From assembly GCA_963755915.1 (NCBI GenBank), contig CAVWLP010000002.1, positions 2,848,001 through 2,912,000 on the forward strand: a stretch of DNA of 64,000 nt, read 5' to 3'. The notes below the pieces were generated by a model. It was not told where the DNA came from. It was given only the letters and a program-made list of their open reading frames with translations, and ran no database searches. Source of the DNA: an uncultured Phycisphaerales bacterium. GTDB taxonomy: Bacteria > Planctomycetota > Phycisphaerae > Tepidisphaerales > Tepidisphaeraceae. A program made the translations under genes and the position numbers. Below are positions 23,849 through 34,811 of the stretch, in pieces (position 1 is the first letter of the stretch; the number at the start of each line of letters is the position of its first letter).

Positions 23849-23888
23849 GGTAGCGTGGAAAGCCGAGAGGTCCACGCTACCTTTTTTA
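23849..23888 (+). terminator. Intrinsic terminator GGTAGCGTGGA...TCCACGCTACC-T7
   Basis: 11-bp stem followed by seven T on the + strand. Confidence 0.8.
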
Positions 23889-23932
23889 TGCGCGCAGCCG
23901 ACGCCATGCCCCGCGCTAAAAAATGCAAGGAC

Positions 23933-26182
23933 TTAGTCAGGCAGTGAACTGATTTCCTGCTGAATCTCCGCCTGCTGCTGGGCGGTCAGACGCTTGGGCT
24001 CCGCCTTATCCAACTGATCGTTGTAGTCCAGGGCCAGCTTAAATTGCTTCTTCGCTTCGGGGAGCAGATCCATCAGCTTTAAGGCGTGAGCATAATCCAG
24101 CCGCAGCGAGACTTCGTTGGGGTTAAGCTGCATGACCTGGTCGAAATCCTGCACCATCTGCTTCGCATCCCCCATCTGCAGATCGAAAATGGCCCGCAAA
24201 TGATAAGCGGCCAGGAATGCGGGGTCCTTGTCGATAGCGATGTCGTACCAGGTTTGAAGCTGCGGCCGCAGCCGAATCGCGCGATCGAGCTGCCGCGGAT
24301 CGCTCAGCGGCTCTGGCGGGCCGATGCTCAGGTGCAACGCACGCCCGGCGCGGTACGCGTAATCGGCATTGATCGGCAGCGTCATGGCCGCGTAGCCGTA
24401 TTCGTTGGAAGCCTCCTGAACGTCGCCGGCGCGGAGCTTGGCGTCACCCTCCTGGGCCATCGTTTCGGCACGGGCAATCGGCGCGGCAATCCAGATCGCG
24501 ACGCCAACCCAGATCACACTCGCGGCCCCGAGAGAAGCGATCGCGGATATCGAAACGCCCGGCGTGCGCACCGGTGGATTCCCCAATCGAAGCCCCAGCG
24601 CCGATCCGATCAGCACCGCCAGAAGACAAGTAGGCCCCGATTCAAACATCGAAAACTCAATCAGGTTGTGGATCAGAAAAACGCCCACGCCGATCAGGAT
24701 GCCATAAAGAATCCAGGGCGCCGCCCGCTGATCGACCTGCGGTTTCTCCAAGGTGCGCAGCGAGACCACCATCACGCCGATCACCAGGGCGCAGAAATAG
24801 AGAAGCTCTTTGATCAATACAATCGTGATGAAGCTACCGTTCTGATTGAAATCGACCGTTGCCCAGATATTGAGGACGATGCCGGCGACCGCGATCGCCG
24901 CCAGAAAGAGCACCTGACCCAGTTGCGATGTTCGCGAGACAGGGGCAAGTGTTGCCGGTGGGGCGGAAGGGCGGGTCAGTTCCCACCACAGTCTCCCCAA
25001 CCACGCCAGCATCAGGATTCCCCCCACAGCTCCCAGTTCCACGAAGAATCGAACGATGAAATCGTGCGGATCGTGAATTTCCTCCGAGGCCACCGGCAGC
25101 CGGTCGCGGACATATTGCTCCCCAAAATTCTCCCACCCGGTTCCGCGAACGGGGTGGCGCAGGAACATACGCCAGGACGCGACCCAATATCTCCACCGGA
25201 AATTCAGGCTGTCCGTCGGAAGCGAATGGTGATAAAGCCCATGCCCGACGACGGCGAGGATGAAAAACGAAACGATTCCCAGTCCGACCCAGAACCATCG
25301 CTTCGATTGCCGGGCCAGCGGACCACGCCATTTCCACACGACGGCGAGGAGCGCGATGACCAAAACGGGCATCACCATCGCCGCCTTGGATTGGGTCAGG
25401 ATCAGCAGCCAGATCGCCAGCGGCGCACTGAGGCCAAGCGCGACCGTCCAACCCGGGTCGTCCCGATCCTTGATTCGCTGAATGCCGACGCCCAGGCCGA
25501 TCGTGAGAAACAGCACGAGCAGGCCCGCGAAGGAGTTGGCCGAGGAATTAAATCCGACCAGTTCAGTAATTTTCTTCGCGAATTGGATTCCCTGAAAACT
25601 CTGCGGATCAAACCCCTGCTGCTGGAGCATCTTGGACTGCTGCTCGAGCATGGTGGGCATATCGACGAACTTGTAATAAAAGCCCTGGACGAGAAAGACG
25701 AGCAGCAACCCAAACGCCAGACCCGCGACCATCCGCAGTCGCATCCAGCTTCGCACCAGTTGCGTCATCGCCCAGAGAAGCGCCATCGCGCCGGCAAAAT
25801 TGCACGCCGAGACGATGCAGGCAAATTTATCGTCGGCCCATCTGGCGCTAAGCTCCATCCAAAAAACCAGCGGCAGCAGCAATGCCAGCGACCAGCTTCC
25901 CCGCAGCCGATAAGTTTTGTCCGTGCAGCGGCGCACCAGCACCAGAATCGCCGGCAGCCCGCAAAGCAAATTGAGAATCAGCGAGGTGTCCGCCCCCGCG
26001 CCCAGCGGAATATCCGGACTGCCGATGTTGACCTCGAGCGGATCGCGGATCGTTTCCAGCGTCATGCATCGCGCGACGACAAGTGCCAATGCCAGCCCAA
26101 ACGCGATTTGCGTTAGCCCCACGCGCCAATCGATCGCCGGCCGTGATTCGCGAACGGTTTGATAGTAACGCGTTCGCGTCAT
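23933..26182 (-). CDS. O-antigen ligase (Wzy_C)-like membrane protein with C-terminal TPR-like region
   Basis: Many TM segments; LTQSKAA, FRWRYW, HPVRGTG and PHDF motifs. Confidence 0.8.
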   Translation of the reverse strand: MTRTRYYQTVRESRPAIDWRVGLTQIAFGLALALVVARCMTLETIRDPLEVNIGSPDIPLGAGADTSLILNLLCGLPAILVLVRRCTDKTYRLRGSWSLALLLPLVFWMELSARWADDKFACIVSACNFAGAMALLWAMTQLVRSWMRLRMVAGLAFGLLLVFLVQGFYYKFVDMPTMLEQQSKMLQQQGFDPQSFQGIQFAKKITELVGFNSSANSFAGLLVLFLTIGLGVGIQRIKDRDDPGWTVALGLSAPLAIWLLILTQSKAAMVMPVLVIALLAVVWKWRGPLARQSKRWFWVGLGIVSFFILAVVGHGLYHHSLPTDSLNFRWRYWVASWRMFLRHPVRGTGWENFGEQYVRDRLPVASEEIHDPHDFIVRFFVELGAVGGILMLAWLGRLWWELTRPSAPPATLAPVSRTSQLGQVLFLAAIAVAGIVLNIWATVDFNQNGSFITIVLIKELLYFCALVIGVMVVSLRTLEKPQVDQRAAPWILYGILIGVGVFLIHNLIEFSMFESGPTCLLAVLIGSALGLRLGNPPVRTPGVSISAIASLGAASVIWVGVAIWIAAPIARAETMAQEGDAKLRAGDVQEASNEYGYAAMTLPINADYAYRAGRALHLSIGPPEPLSDPRQLDRAIRLRPQLQTWYDIAIDKDPAFLAAYHLRAIFDLQMGDAKQMVQDFDQVMQLNPNEVSLRLDYAHALKLMDLLPEAKKQFKLALDYNDQLDKAEPKRLTAQQQAEIQQEISSLPD

Positions 26183-27300
26183 TTGCTTTGCTCCAGCAGC
26201 GCGACGACGCCGAGGATCAGCACCGTTTGCGCGACGATCAAAAGCGCCAGATCTCCGTCAACATGAGGCAGCACGATTGCCGCGATGCTGGTGGCGGCTG
26301 CCACGAGATAGAGGCAAAGCACCGCCGTTCGCCGCGACATGCCCCGCGCCACCAGCCGATGGCTGAAATGGTTGGTGTCCCCGACGAACGGGCTCTTGCC
26401 GCGCATAAGGCGGATGATGCTCACCACGATTAAATCATACAACGGCAGTGCCAAAACAATCACCGGCGCGAAGACCGCATACCAGTGATTCCGCCAGGTC
26501 ATGTCCGGGGCAAGATAAGTAGTCCGCACCGTCAGAACGCCCAGCATCAGCCCGATAAGCATGCTTCCGCCGTCGCCCATGAAAATCTTGGCCGGCGGAA
26601 AATTGTGCCACAGAAATCCAAGCATCGCCCCAAGCAGCAGTGACAACCCCGCCGCCACAAACCACTGCCCGATCGACAGCGTCGCGATCAGAAACGCGGT
26701 CGTGCAGACCGACGCCACGCCGGCCGAGAGGCCGTCCATGTTGTCCAGAAAATTGAACGCATTGGTGACGGCCGCGATCCAGAGCACGGTCAGAACGAGT
26801 GACACGATGTTTCCGCCCGGCATCTTGTCGTCAAGGAACGTCAGAATCCGGATTCTCGCGGCGAAGACAAGGGCGGTAATGATCAGAAGCTGGGCGAAAA
26901 GCTTGACCATCGGCCCAAGCGCTTTTTTGTCGTCCCACAAACCCAGGAGATGGATCGCCGCGCCGGCGAAGAGAATCCCGCAAGCGAACGGCACCTGGAG
27001 CCGCGCGCCCGACCAGTAGGCGTCGATGTTGCCGGCAATCTCTTTCCCCACGAATCCCGGGGAGCGGAGGAATCCAGGCGGGTCGGTCCACGTTAAAACC
27101 GCCAGTCCCGCCACGATCGGCAGCGCCAGCCCGCAGAAAATCCCCACCCCTCCCCCAAGCGGTTTTGGATTATCGTGGATTTTTCTGCCGCCCGGTTTGT
27201 CCACAAACCCGATGCGCACGGCAAAACGCCGCATCCAAAACGTCACCAGCCAGGAAATGGCAAAGCTGACCGCGATGAGGCAGACGATGACCCAGCTCAT
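26179..27300 (-). CDS. WecA/TagO-like undecaprenyl-phosphate GlcNAc-1-phosphate transferase (MraY family)
   Basis: GLWDD, NAFNFLDNMDGL, IFMGDGG and HFSHRL. Confidence 0.92.
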   Translation of the reverse strand: MSWVIVCLIAVSFAISWLVTFWMRRFAVRIGFVDKPGGRKIHDNPKPLGGGVGIFCGLALPIVAGLAVLTWTDPPGFLRSPGFVGKEIAGNIDAYWSGARLQVPFACGILFAGAAIHLLGLWDDKKALGPMVKLFAQLLIITALVFAARIRILTFLDDKMPGGNIVSLVLTVLWIAAVTNAFNFLDNMDGLSAGVASVCTTAFLIATLSIGQWFVAAGLSLLLGAMLGFLWHNFPPAKIFMGDGGSMLIGLMLGVLTVRTTYLAPDMTWRNHWYAVFAPVIVLALPLYDLIVVSIIRLMRGKSPFVGDTNHFSHRLVARGMSRRTAVLCLYLVAAATSIAAIVLPHVDGDLALLIVAQTVLILGVVALLEQSK

Positions 27301-27337
27301 GTATTAACAAACCGCGGAAGCCGGCGGAAGATGCAAT

Positions 27338-27367
27338 GAAAAAGAAGGACCCCAAATCCGGGGGTCC
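27338..27367 (-). terminator. Probable intrinsic terminator of the small ORF
   Basis: GGACCCC/GGGGTCC stem with a T-rich tail on the - strand. Confidence 0.6.
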
Positions 27368-27399
27368 ACTCTTAATTTTTTTGAAGTCGGCACGCCCGT

Positions 27400-27582
27400 T
27401 TATGGTAACCGCTTGCGCAGGAATCCGATTCGGTCCTTCAATTCCTGCAACTGACGATTGAGCACGCGGCGGTCCTCCGGACCTCGCACGTGTTCGATGG
27501 TTCGCCGAATTTGCCGGGCGTCGAGCTCCAGGCGCTCGATCTCAGCAATAACTTCGGCCTCGGGATTGTAAACTGCGCTCAT
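27400..27582 (-). CDS. Small coiled-coil hypothetical protein (60 aa)
   Basis: GGAGG RBS before ATG, heptad pattern and a downstream terminator. Confidence 0.65.
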   Translation of the reverse strand: MSAVYNPEAEVIAEIERLELDARQIRRTIEHVRGPEDRRVLNRQLQELKDRIGFLRKRLP

Positions 27583-27660
27583 CGCGCCTCCATGTATGCG
27601 ACTAAATATATCTTATGTGCCGATTTTCGGCGTTTCAACCGGTACTACGCCTGATTTCGG

Positions 27661-28320
27661 CTAAATTGTCGCAGGCTCTAAGCTCGGTTTGCCCATCTTG
27701 ATGACCCTGGCCGGAACACCCACGACCGTTGCCCCCATCGGTACGTCTTCGATGACCACAGCCCCCGCTCCCACAATACAATAGGAGTCGAGCTTCAGGC
27801 ACTGAACAATATTCGCCCCCAAGCCAATAAAGGCCTGCTCCCCCACGCTCACCCTCCCCGCAAGGGTCGCGGAAGGGCAAATATGGGCGGCCGCGCCAAT
27901 CTGGCATTCGTGATCCACAACAGCGGACGTATTCACGATGACCGCATCGCTGATATGGGCGTCGGTCGATATCACCGCCCCCGCAGCCACCACCACATTC
28001 CGCCCAAGACGCGCCGTCTCAGAGACAAAGCTTGATGGATGGATTGCATTGACCAGGTCAAAACCCTGGCCGGAGATTTTTCGGAAGTACTGCCAGCGCG
28101 GATGGTTATCGCCAATCGAAATGATCGCCCCCTTCACCTTCTGCGATTTCAGCTTGGGCAGCATATTAAGCTGACCCATGACCGGCAGTCCGCCAACTTC
28201 CTGCCCCGTGAGTTGGGGGTCGGCATCGAGAAACCCCACGGGTTTGTGGATTCCCCCGGCACGAAGAATGTCCAAAACCACCCGCCCATGCCCGCCGGCG
28301 CCAATCAGAACGACATCCAT
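27661..28320 (-). CDS. NeuD/PglD-family sugar acetyltransferase
   Basis: IGAGGHGR, AIHPS, hexapeptide repeats, VVDHEC and GVPAR. Confidence 0.92.
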   Translation of the reverse strand: MDVVLIGAGGHGRVVLDILRAGGIHKPVGFLDADPQLTGQEVGGLPVMGQLNMLPKLKSQKVKGAIISIGDNHPRWQYFRKISGQGFDLVNAIHPSSFVSETARLGRNVVVAAGAVISTDAHISDAVIVNTSAVVDHECQIGAAAHICPSATLAGRVSVGEQAFIGLGANIVQCLKLDSYCIVGAGAVVIEDVPMGATVVGVPARVIKMGKPSLEPATI

Positions 28321-28451
28321 GGCCGAATTATCGGACGTATTTAATCACGGGCAACAACAAAAAATGCCGATCGCCGATTTAAAGAACCCGCGTCGCGCGG
28401 TGTTTTGCTCAGGGGGTGTCCGACATCGCCCCTCATTGCCAAACCCCAACC

Positions 28452-29961
28452 ATGCACATAGATTCGTCCGTTTCGATGGAGGCCACACAATCCCCCCCAA
28501 TGCTTCGCCGCTGGTTGACGGCGTTCGTCATCATCGGGGTTGCCCTGCGGCTATTCCGATATGGTCTGGGACTGCCTCTCTGGGGGGATGAGGGATTTCT
28601 GGGGGTCAATATTCTTGACAGGTCATACCTCGGCCTGCTTAAGCCGCTGGAATATATCCAGGTCGCGCCCCTCGGATTTCTCTGGGCCGAGCGCGCCATG
28701 TATCAGGCGCTGGGGATGTCGGAATATGTGATGCGATTGATTCCCGTCCTCGCGGGCATCGGCGGCCTGATCCTCTTTGCCATGTGGGCAAGGAAAATCG
28801 CTGATCCCCTGGCGGCAACCATCGCCACTGGCGTCTTGGCGGTCTCTGATGAGGCCATCCGCCATTCCGCCGAACTCAAGCCCTACAGCATCGACCTCTT
28901 CGTATCCGTGCTGCTGCTCTATTTGGCGACCAGATTTCTACTCGAGCGCAAGAACCAATGGCTGATCGCCCTGATCGCGGTCATCCCCGTGGCGCTGTTT
29001 ATTTCACTGCCGTCGGTCTTTGTAGGAGCGGGCGTGGCCGCGACGCTGGTGCTGAACTTTCGCTCGCTCAACCCGGGCCAGCGCGCTCTCGCTTGGATTT
29101 GGCATCGTCCTCACCGCCGTCTTCGGCCTGCTCGTCTGGAAGTATCTCGGCCCGCAATTCGCCGGCTCGGGTCCCTGGCAACAGGTCTGCTGGGTCTTTC
29201 CGCCCTTGAATCCCTTCCAGTTCATCAACTGGTTCTTCATCGTTCACACCGGAAATTATTTTGGTTATCCCGCGGACGCCGGCTCGCCAGGCGGCGCCCC
29301 CAGCTTCATCCTTTTTGGCATCGGCGGAATCATATTGCTCATCCGCCGCCCCCGCGTGCTCGGCCTGCTCGTGCTCTCGCCGTTCGTGATGACATTTCTC
29401 GCCGCCGCCCTGCGCCATTACCCCTATGGCGACAGCCCCCGAATCGGCCAGCACGTGGCAGCGCCGATTTGTCTGCTCATCGGCGTTGGAGTCGCCGGGA
29501 TCATGCACCGCTTCGCAAAAACCCCCGAAGCCCTGCGCCTCACCTGCCTCGTCGGCTTCTGGGCCCTGATCGCCTTCGGTTGCGTGGGAATCATCGCCAC
29601 GGCATTTTTCCCCACCAGCGAGGTTCGCCGCGATCTGGCCACCCGCCGGTTTATCCGCGACGCCCTGCATCGCGCCCCGCCGGATACCACCATTGCCGTC
29701 GTCGAGGGGGCCGATCAATCTCCCATCCTTGAGCGCTGGTATCTTCACGAATGGCCGCACGCGATTCATTGGGCCGTGAACCCGGTGGATTTGCCCTCGA
29801 TGACAAACGGACCTCTCTGGATCGTCAACGCCCGCTTTTTCCCCGAGCAGTGGGCCAGGCAGATCAGCGCCCAGATCGGCCCGCCCAGGCAAGACATTTA
29901 TCAATCCTTCGGCGGCGACGAAGGGATCTGCGAAATCCTCATTTATTCCACCCCTTCTTGA
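28452..29961 (+). CDS. GT-C (family 39/ArnT-like) membrane glycosyltransferase, frameshift near 29095
   Basis: LWGDEG, QVAPLGF, ELKPYSID and multiple TM segments. Confidence 0.7.
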
Positions 29962-30000
29962 CACGCCGATGCATTTCGTTGAACTCTCAACAATTACGGT

Positions 30001-31194
30001 ATGAGCAGGAGGGTTTTCATCAGCGTCGGCGAAGTCAGCGGAGACCAGCACGCCGCCCTTCTCATACGCGAGCTGAAGCTCCTCAACAAGGACATCATCG
30101 TCGAAGGCATCGGCGGCCCCGCCATGGCCGCCGCCGGCGCGATGGTCCACTACAACACCGTCAACCGCGCCGCCATGGGCCTCAAAGCGTTTCTCCGCTA
30201 TTTCGAATTGACCCGAGTTTTGAGGTGGACGGGGAATCACTACCGCCAGCGCCGGCCCGACCTCGCCATCTGCGTCGATTCCTGGACCATGAACTGGCAC
30301 TGGGGAATGCTCGCCCGCGAAATGGGAATTCCCGTCCTCTATTACGTCGCCCCCCAGATGTGGGCCAGCCGCCCCGGACGCGTGAAAAAGCTGCGAAAGT
30401 TCGTCGACCGCGTCGCCTGCATCCTTCCCTTCGAGGAAAAATTCTTCCGCGACCACGGCGTTGAGGCGACGTTCGTCGGCCATCCGCTCTTTGACGAAAT
30501 CCCTCCCCATCCGCCGTTCGACCCCGCGACGCGTTTTCCCAATCGCCCCCCGGTGATCGGCGTCGTTCCCGGCTCCCGCTCGGGCGTCTCCCGCATCAGT
30601 TTTCCGCCCATGCTCGATGTCTGCAACATCATCCGCCGCTCCTTCCCGCAGGCGACTTTCCTGGTTCCCACGACGACGGCAACGCATCCCGTCGTGAAGC
30701 GCACCCTCGAGGCCCAGTTCGGCCCCGGCGCTCCCACGCCCGACACGGAAACCTTTGGCCCCTTTACCCTCGGCCTCAACCAGTTCAACACGCTCATCCC
30801 CCGATGCGACCTCTGCCTGATCGTCTCCGGCACGGCAACCCTTCACGCCGCCGGCCACGGCGCGCCGCAAATCGTCGTCTATCGCGGCAACCCCATCGGC
30901 TGGCACCTCCTCGCCCGCTGGCTGATCAAAACCCGCACCTATTCTCTGGTAAACCTCCTCAACGATTCCCACCAGACGATCGTCCCCGAGTTCGTCCCCT
31001 GGTACGGCTCAAATCAGCCCGTCGCCGACAAGGCACTCGAATATCTGAACAATCCCGATTTGCTGATGCAGCAGCGCGACCGCGTCCAAAACCTCCTGCG
31101 AACGATCGCCCACCCGGGCGCAAGCCGGAATGCAGCGCGGCTGGCGAAGGATTTGATGGACGGCAGAGACACCACGTTGATGGGGCCGGGCTAG
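30001..31194 (+). CDS. lpxB: Lipid-A-disaccharide synthase
   Basis: GEVSGD, YYVAPQMWASR, ILPFE, FVGHP, PGSR and SGTATL. Confidence 0.95.
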   Translation: MSRRVFISVGEVSGDQHAALLIRELKLLNKDIIVEGIGGPAMAAAGAMVHYNTVNRAAMGLKAFLRYFELTRVLRWTGNHYRQRRPDLAICVDSWTMNWHWGMLAREMGIPVLYYVAPQMWASRPGRVKKLRKFVDRVACILPFEEKFFRDHGVEATFVGHPLFDEIPPHPPFDPATRFPNRPPVIGVVPGSRSGVSRISFPPMLDVCNIIRRSFPQATFLVPTTTATHPVVKRTLEAQFGPGAPTPDTETFGPFTLGLNQFNTLIPRCDLCLIVSGTATLHAAGHGAPQIVVYRGNPIGWHLLARWLIKTRTYSLVNLLNDSHQTIVPEFVPWYGSNQPVADKALEYLNNPDLLMQQRDRVQNLLRTIAHPGASRNAARLAKDLMDGRDTTLMGPG

Positions 31195-34100
31195 AAATTG
31201 GAATGCCGGATTTCTCTTGGCGTCAGGAATACCAGGTCAATTCCCACCACTTTTTTGCCACAGATTTTCGCGACCGCTCCGGCGTAGAGCTGCATCTGTT
31301 TTTGATAGGAGAGAGCACGCTCTTCCAGCTGGGGACCGGAGACTCGGTCTGTCTTGTAATCCACGATGGTGAGCCCGCCCGGAACCGGCAACATCAGATC
31401 GATCCGCCCCCGAATCATTATCTGATCCAGAGGATCAGCGCTCGGCGGGCAACCATCGGCCGGGCGCATGAGAGCGAAGGGAGTTTCGCGAATCAGTTTG
31501 GAATGGTTGGCGCGGAGAACATTTCCCAGCGGCGTGCCAAGCAGCCATTTTATCGCCTCGCGATCAACCCATTTCGCCTCCCGTGCGGCGAGCAGTTTGC
31601 GATCCACGAGCCCTTGAATCTGCGCTTCGACTTCGCCCGAACTGAAATCGAAATATTGCAGCACGGTGTGCGTCGCGTTCCCCACGTCAGTTGCCTTCGG
31701 CGCAGCCTCGGTCTGAAAAAAAACCGGCAGATCCAACTTTCGCTGCATTGCGACGCCCAGCCCGCCGGATTTGTCCTTTGCCAGTGAGGTAACCGATATC
31801 GCCCCCTGCACACGCGTGAATGGCTCCAGCGCATATCGGCTTTCGAATCGCTCGATAAGCTGCTTCGCGTGTTCGTTCATCGCGGGCGCTTTATCCAGCG
31901 GCTCAAGCCGGAACATTTTCTGTTGTAGCGGCGTGACCGACCTGTGCTCGTGGCGCAGGATTTTTCCACTTCCCAATCTCCTCGGCGCCGTGCGAAATCT
32001 TCTCGAAAACGCCGCGCGCGCCCGCCTCCACCGGCCCAAGCCAGTCGACAACGCGCTTCACACCCTGCACGACATCCGCTGGCAGCGGTCCCGCGCGGTT
32101 TTTCCACTGCGTCTCCCATTTCTGCCGGTCCTCCTCGCTGCACGCGCCGATCAAAACCAGGTGCTCCCGCGCCCGCGTCATGGCCACATAAAGCAGCCGC
32201 AGTTCCTCCGACATCGTCTGCCGCGTGAGACTCTGCCGCACCAGCGTGGAAGCAAGCGATGGATAGCGGATCAGCCGCCGCTCATCGACGACATCCATCC
32301 CCAGCCCCATCTCCCGGTCCACCAGGATCGACCCGCGCACATCGGACACATTGAATTGCTTCCCCAGGTCCGGCAAAAAAACCACCGGAAATTCCAGCCC
32401 CTTCGACCGGTGAATGCTCATGATCCGCACCGCCCCGCGGCTCTGCGGCGCGGCCGAGGGCCGGCGGATGTCCGTCTCTTCCGCCAGGCTTTGCATGAAT
32501 CTCAGAAACCGATGCAGACCCTGCCGCAGAAACGTCCCAAACTGCGCCGCCCGATCGTGCAGCTCCAGAAGGTTCGCCACCCGCTGCGAACCATCCTCCA
32601 ACGCAGCGCAAAAACCAAGATACCCCGTCTCCTGGTAAATCCGCCAAAGCGTCTCGGCAACCGGGCGCTTGTTGGCGGCATCGCGCGATTCCCCAAGCCG
32701 GTTCTGAAAATCACGCAGAAACGCCCCCAGCTCGTCGTCTATTTCGGAATATCTGCTCACCGCCTCATGAAACGGCACCGTTTCACCAGGAAACGCCAGC
32801 CGAATCCGCGCCAGACAATCATCCGCATCCGGCAAACCGCAGATCGGCGAGCGCAGCAGGGCGGCCAGGGGAATGTCCTGCTTCTGGTTATCCAGGATTT
32901 GCAGCAGCGAAAGGATGTCGCGCACTTCCGTCGCCTCGAAAAGTCCGCCCCCCGCTTCATTGTGAACTTCGATCCCATGCGCAGGATGACATCCGCAAAG
33001 CGATCCGCCTTTTTCCGCATCGTGCGCAGGAGAATGACAATGTCCCCCAGCTCGATCGGATGCATGGCCTCCTCGCGGAAAACGTGCATCTGTGGCGAAC
33101 CCTCCAACCCCATCATCTCGCGAATCCGCCGGGCGATGAGCATCGCCTCGTAATCGACCCGCTCAAGCTGCTGCGCCGAAACCTCGTCGCCGTCGGGAGT
33201 GCCCGGATCATCCGGCAAAAAATGCAGCTCAATCGGCGAACCCTTGAACGCGGGAAGCCCCCCGGCGTCCGGGAAGCTCAGCCCCGGCATGAGCCGATGC
33301 GACTGGTCATACTCGATCTCCGCCGCGTCGCGCGTCATCAGCTTTTCAAACACCGAGTTGATCGCCCCCAGAAGCGGCGCCCGGCTCCGGAAATTCTCGC
33401 GCAGATCGATTACCTGCCCCGCGCCCTCCTTTTCCCGAAACCGCCGATGCCGATCCAGAAACCTCAGCGGCTCCGCCAGCCGAAACCGGAAAATGCTCTG
33501 CTTCACGTCCCCCACGCAAAACAGATTCGCCCTGCGCTCGTCGAGACATTCCGTGCTCACCAGCCGAAGGATCGCGTCCTGGATCGGATTGATGTCCTGA
33601 TACTCATCGACCAGCACATGCCGAAACTGCACGTGCAGCGCCTTCGCCAGCGCCGACGGGCGATCGCTCTCCCCCTCGCGCAGAATTTTCAGCGCCAGTT
33701 GCTCCAGGTCGGAGAAATCCAGCGCCCGGTCGGCCGACTTGGCGGCCGAGTATTCTGTCCCAAAATCCACCACCAGAGACAAAAACGCCTGCGCGTGCGG
33801 CGCGATCCGCTCCATCCCATTTCGCCACTGTGCGCTGTCACAAGCCAGCAGCGCCTCCAGCGGCGATCTGTCGACCGCGCGCTTGATCTCCTCAATCAGC
33901 GACTTGGCCAGCTCTTTTCCGTCCACCTCTCCCTTGATCGCCGGCAGCCTGGGCCGATTCGCCCGGAAATCACGCACCTCGCTGACCAGGCTGTCGAGAC
34001 CATCCTCGTGAAGCACTTTCTGAAAATGCTCGAAAAACGGCCGAAGCTCCTCCACATGCTCCCCATAACGACCAAGCCCCGGCCCCAACCCCGCGATCGT

Positions 34101-34811
34101 CCCCGCGACGTCATCGCATTTCCGGATCAGGTTCGCCAGCGCGTCGTCGATTTGTGCCAGCAGATCGCGCCCCAACTCCGATTCCTCCAGCGGCGCCTCC
34201 GCGGCCTGTCGCATCGCGGCGGCGCTCTCCGCGATCCATCGTTTCGGATCGGTAAGGCTTGCGAGAAGTTCATGCGTCGAGATCACCCGCTCGATCAGCC
34301 GCTGGTCCTCCCCGTCGCCATACGCGTCGATCAGCCGATGAAAATCGCCCGAAGCGTCCGATTCATACCGCCGATGAAAAAGATCGGTCGCGATTTCGGC
34401 GCACAGCAGCGCCGCCTCATCCGCATCCAGAATAGCAAACGCCGGATCAACCCCCGCCAGCGTGAAATTCTGTTTCAGCAGCCGGTGGCAAAATCCGTGA
34501 AGCGTGCTGACGTGCGCGTGCTGCGCCAGCTTCACCTGCCGGGCCAGCCGCGGCGAAGGCTGATCCAAAAGCTTCTGACGCAGCGCCTTCTGGATGCGCG
34601 CTTTCATCTCCGCCGCCGCCGACTCCGTAAAAGTAACCACCAGAAGTTGATCGATGTCGCACGGATTCCCCGCATCGCACACCAGATGCGCACATCGCTG
34701 CGCCAAAACAGCCGTCTTCCCCGAACCAGCCGCGGCGCTGACGAGGATGCTCTGCCCCACGCGCTCGATCCCCTCGCGCTGCCGCGGCGTCCATTGAATC
34801 GCCCCGCTCAT
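31191..34811 (-). CDS. addA: Helicase-nuclease AddA, frameshifts near 32960 and 31920
   Basis: VSAAAGSGKT, VDEYQD, VGDVKQSIFRFR, MSIHRSKGLEF, YVAMTRA and nuclease GRIDL..IVDYKT. Confidence 0.93.
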
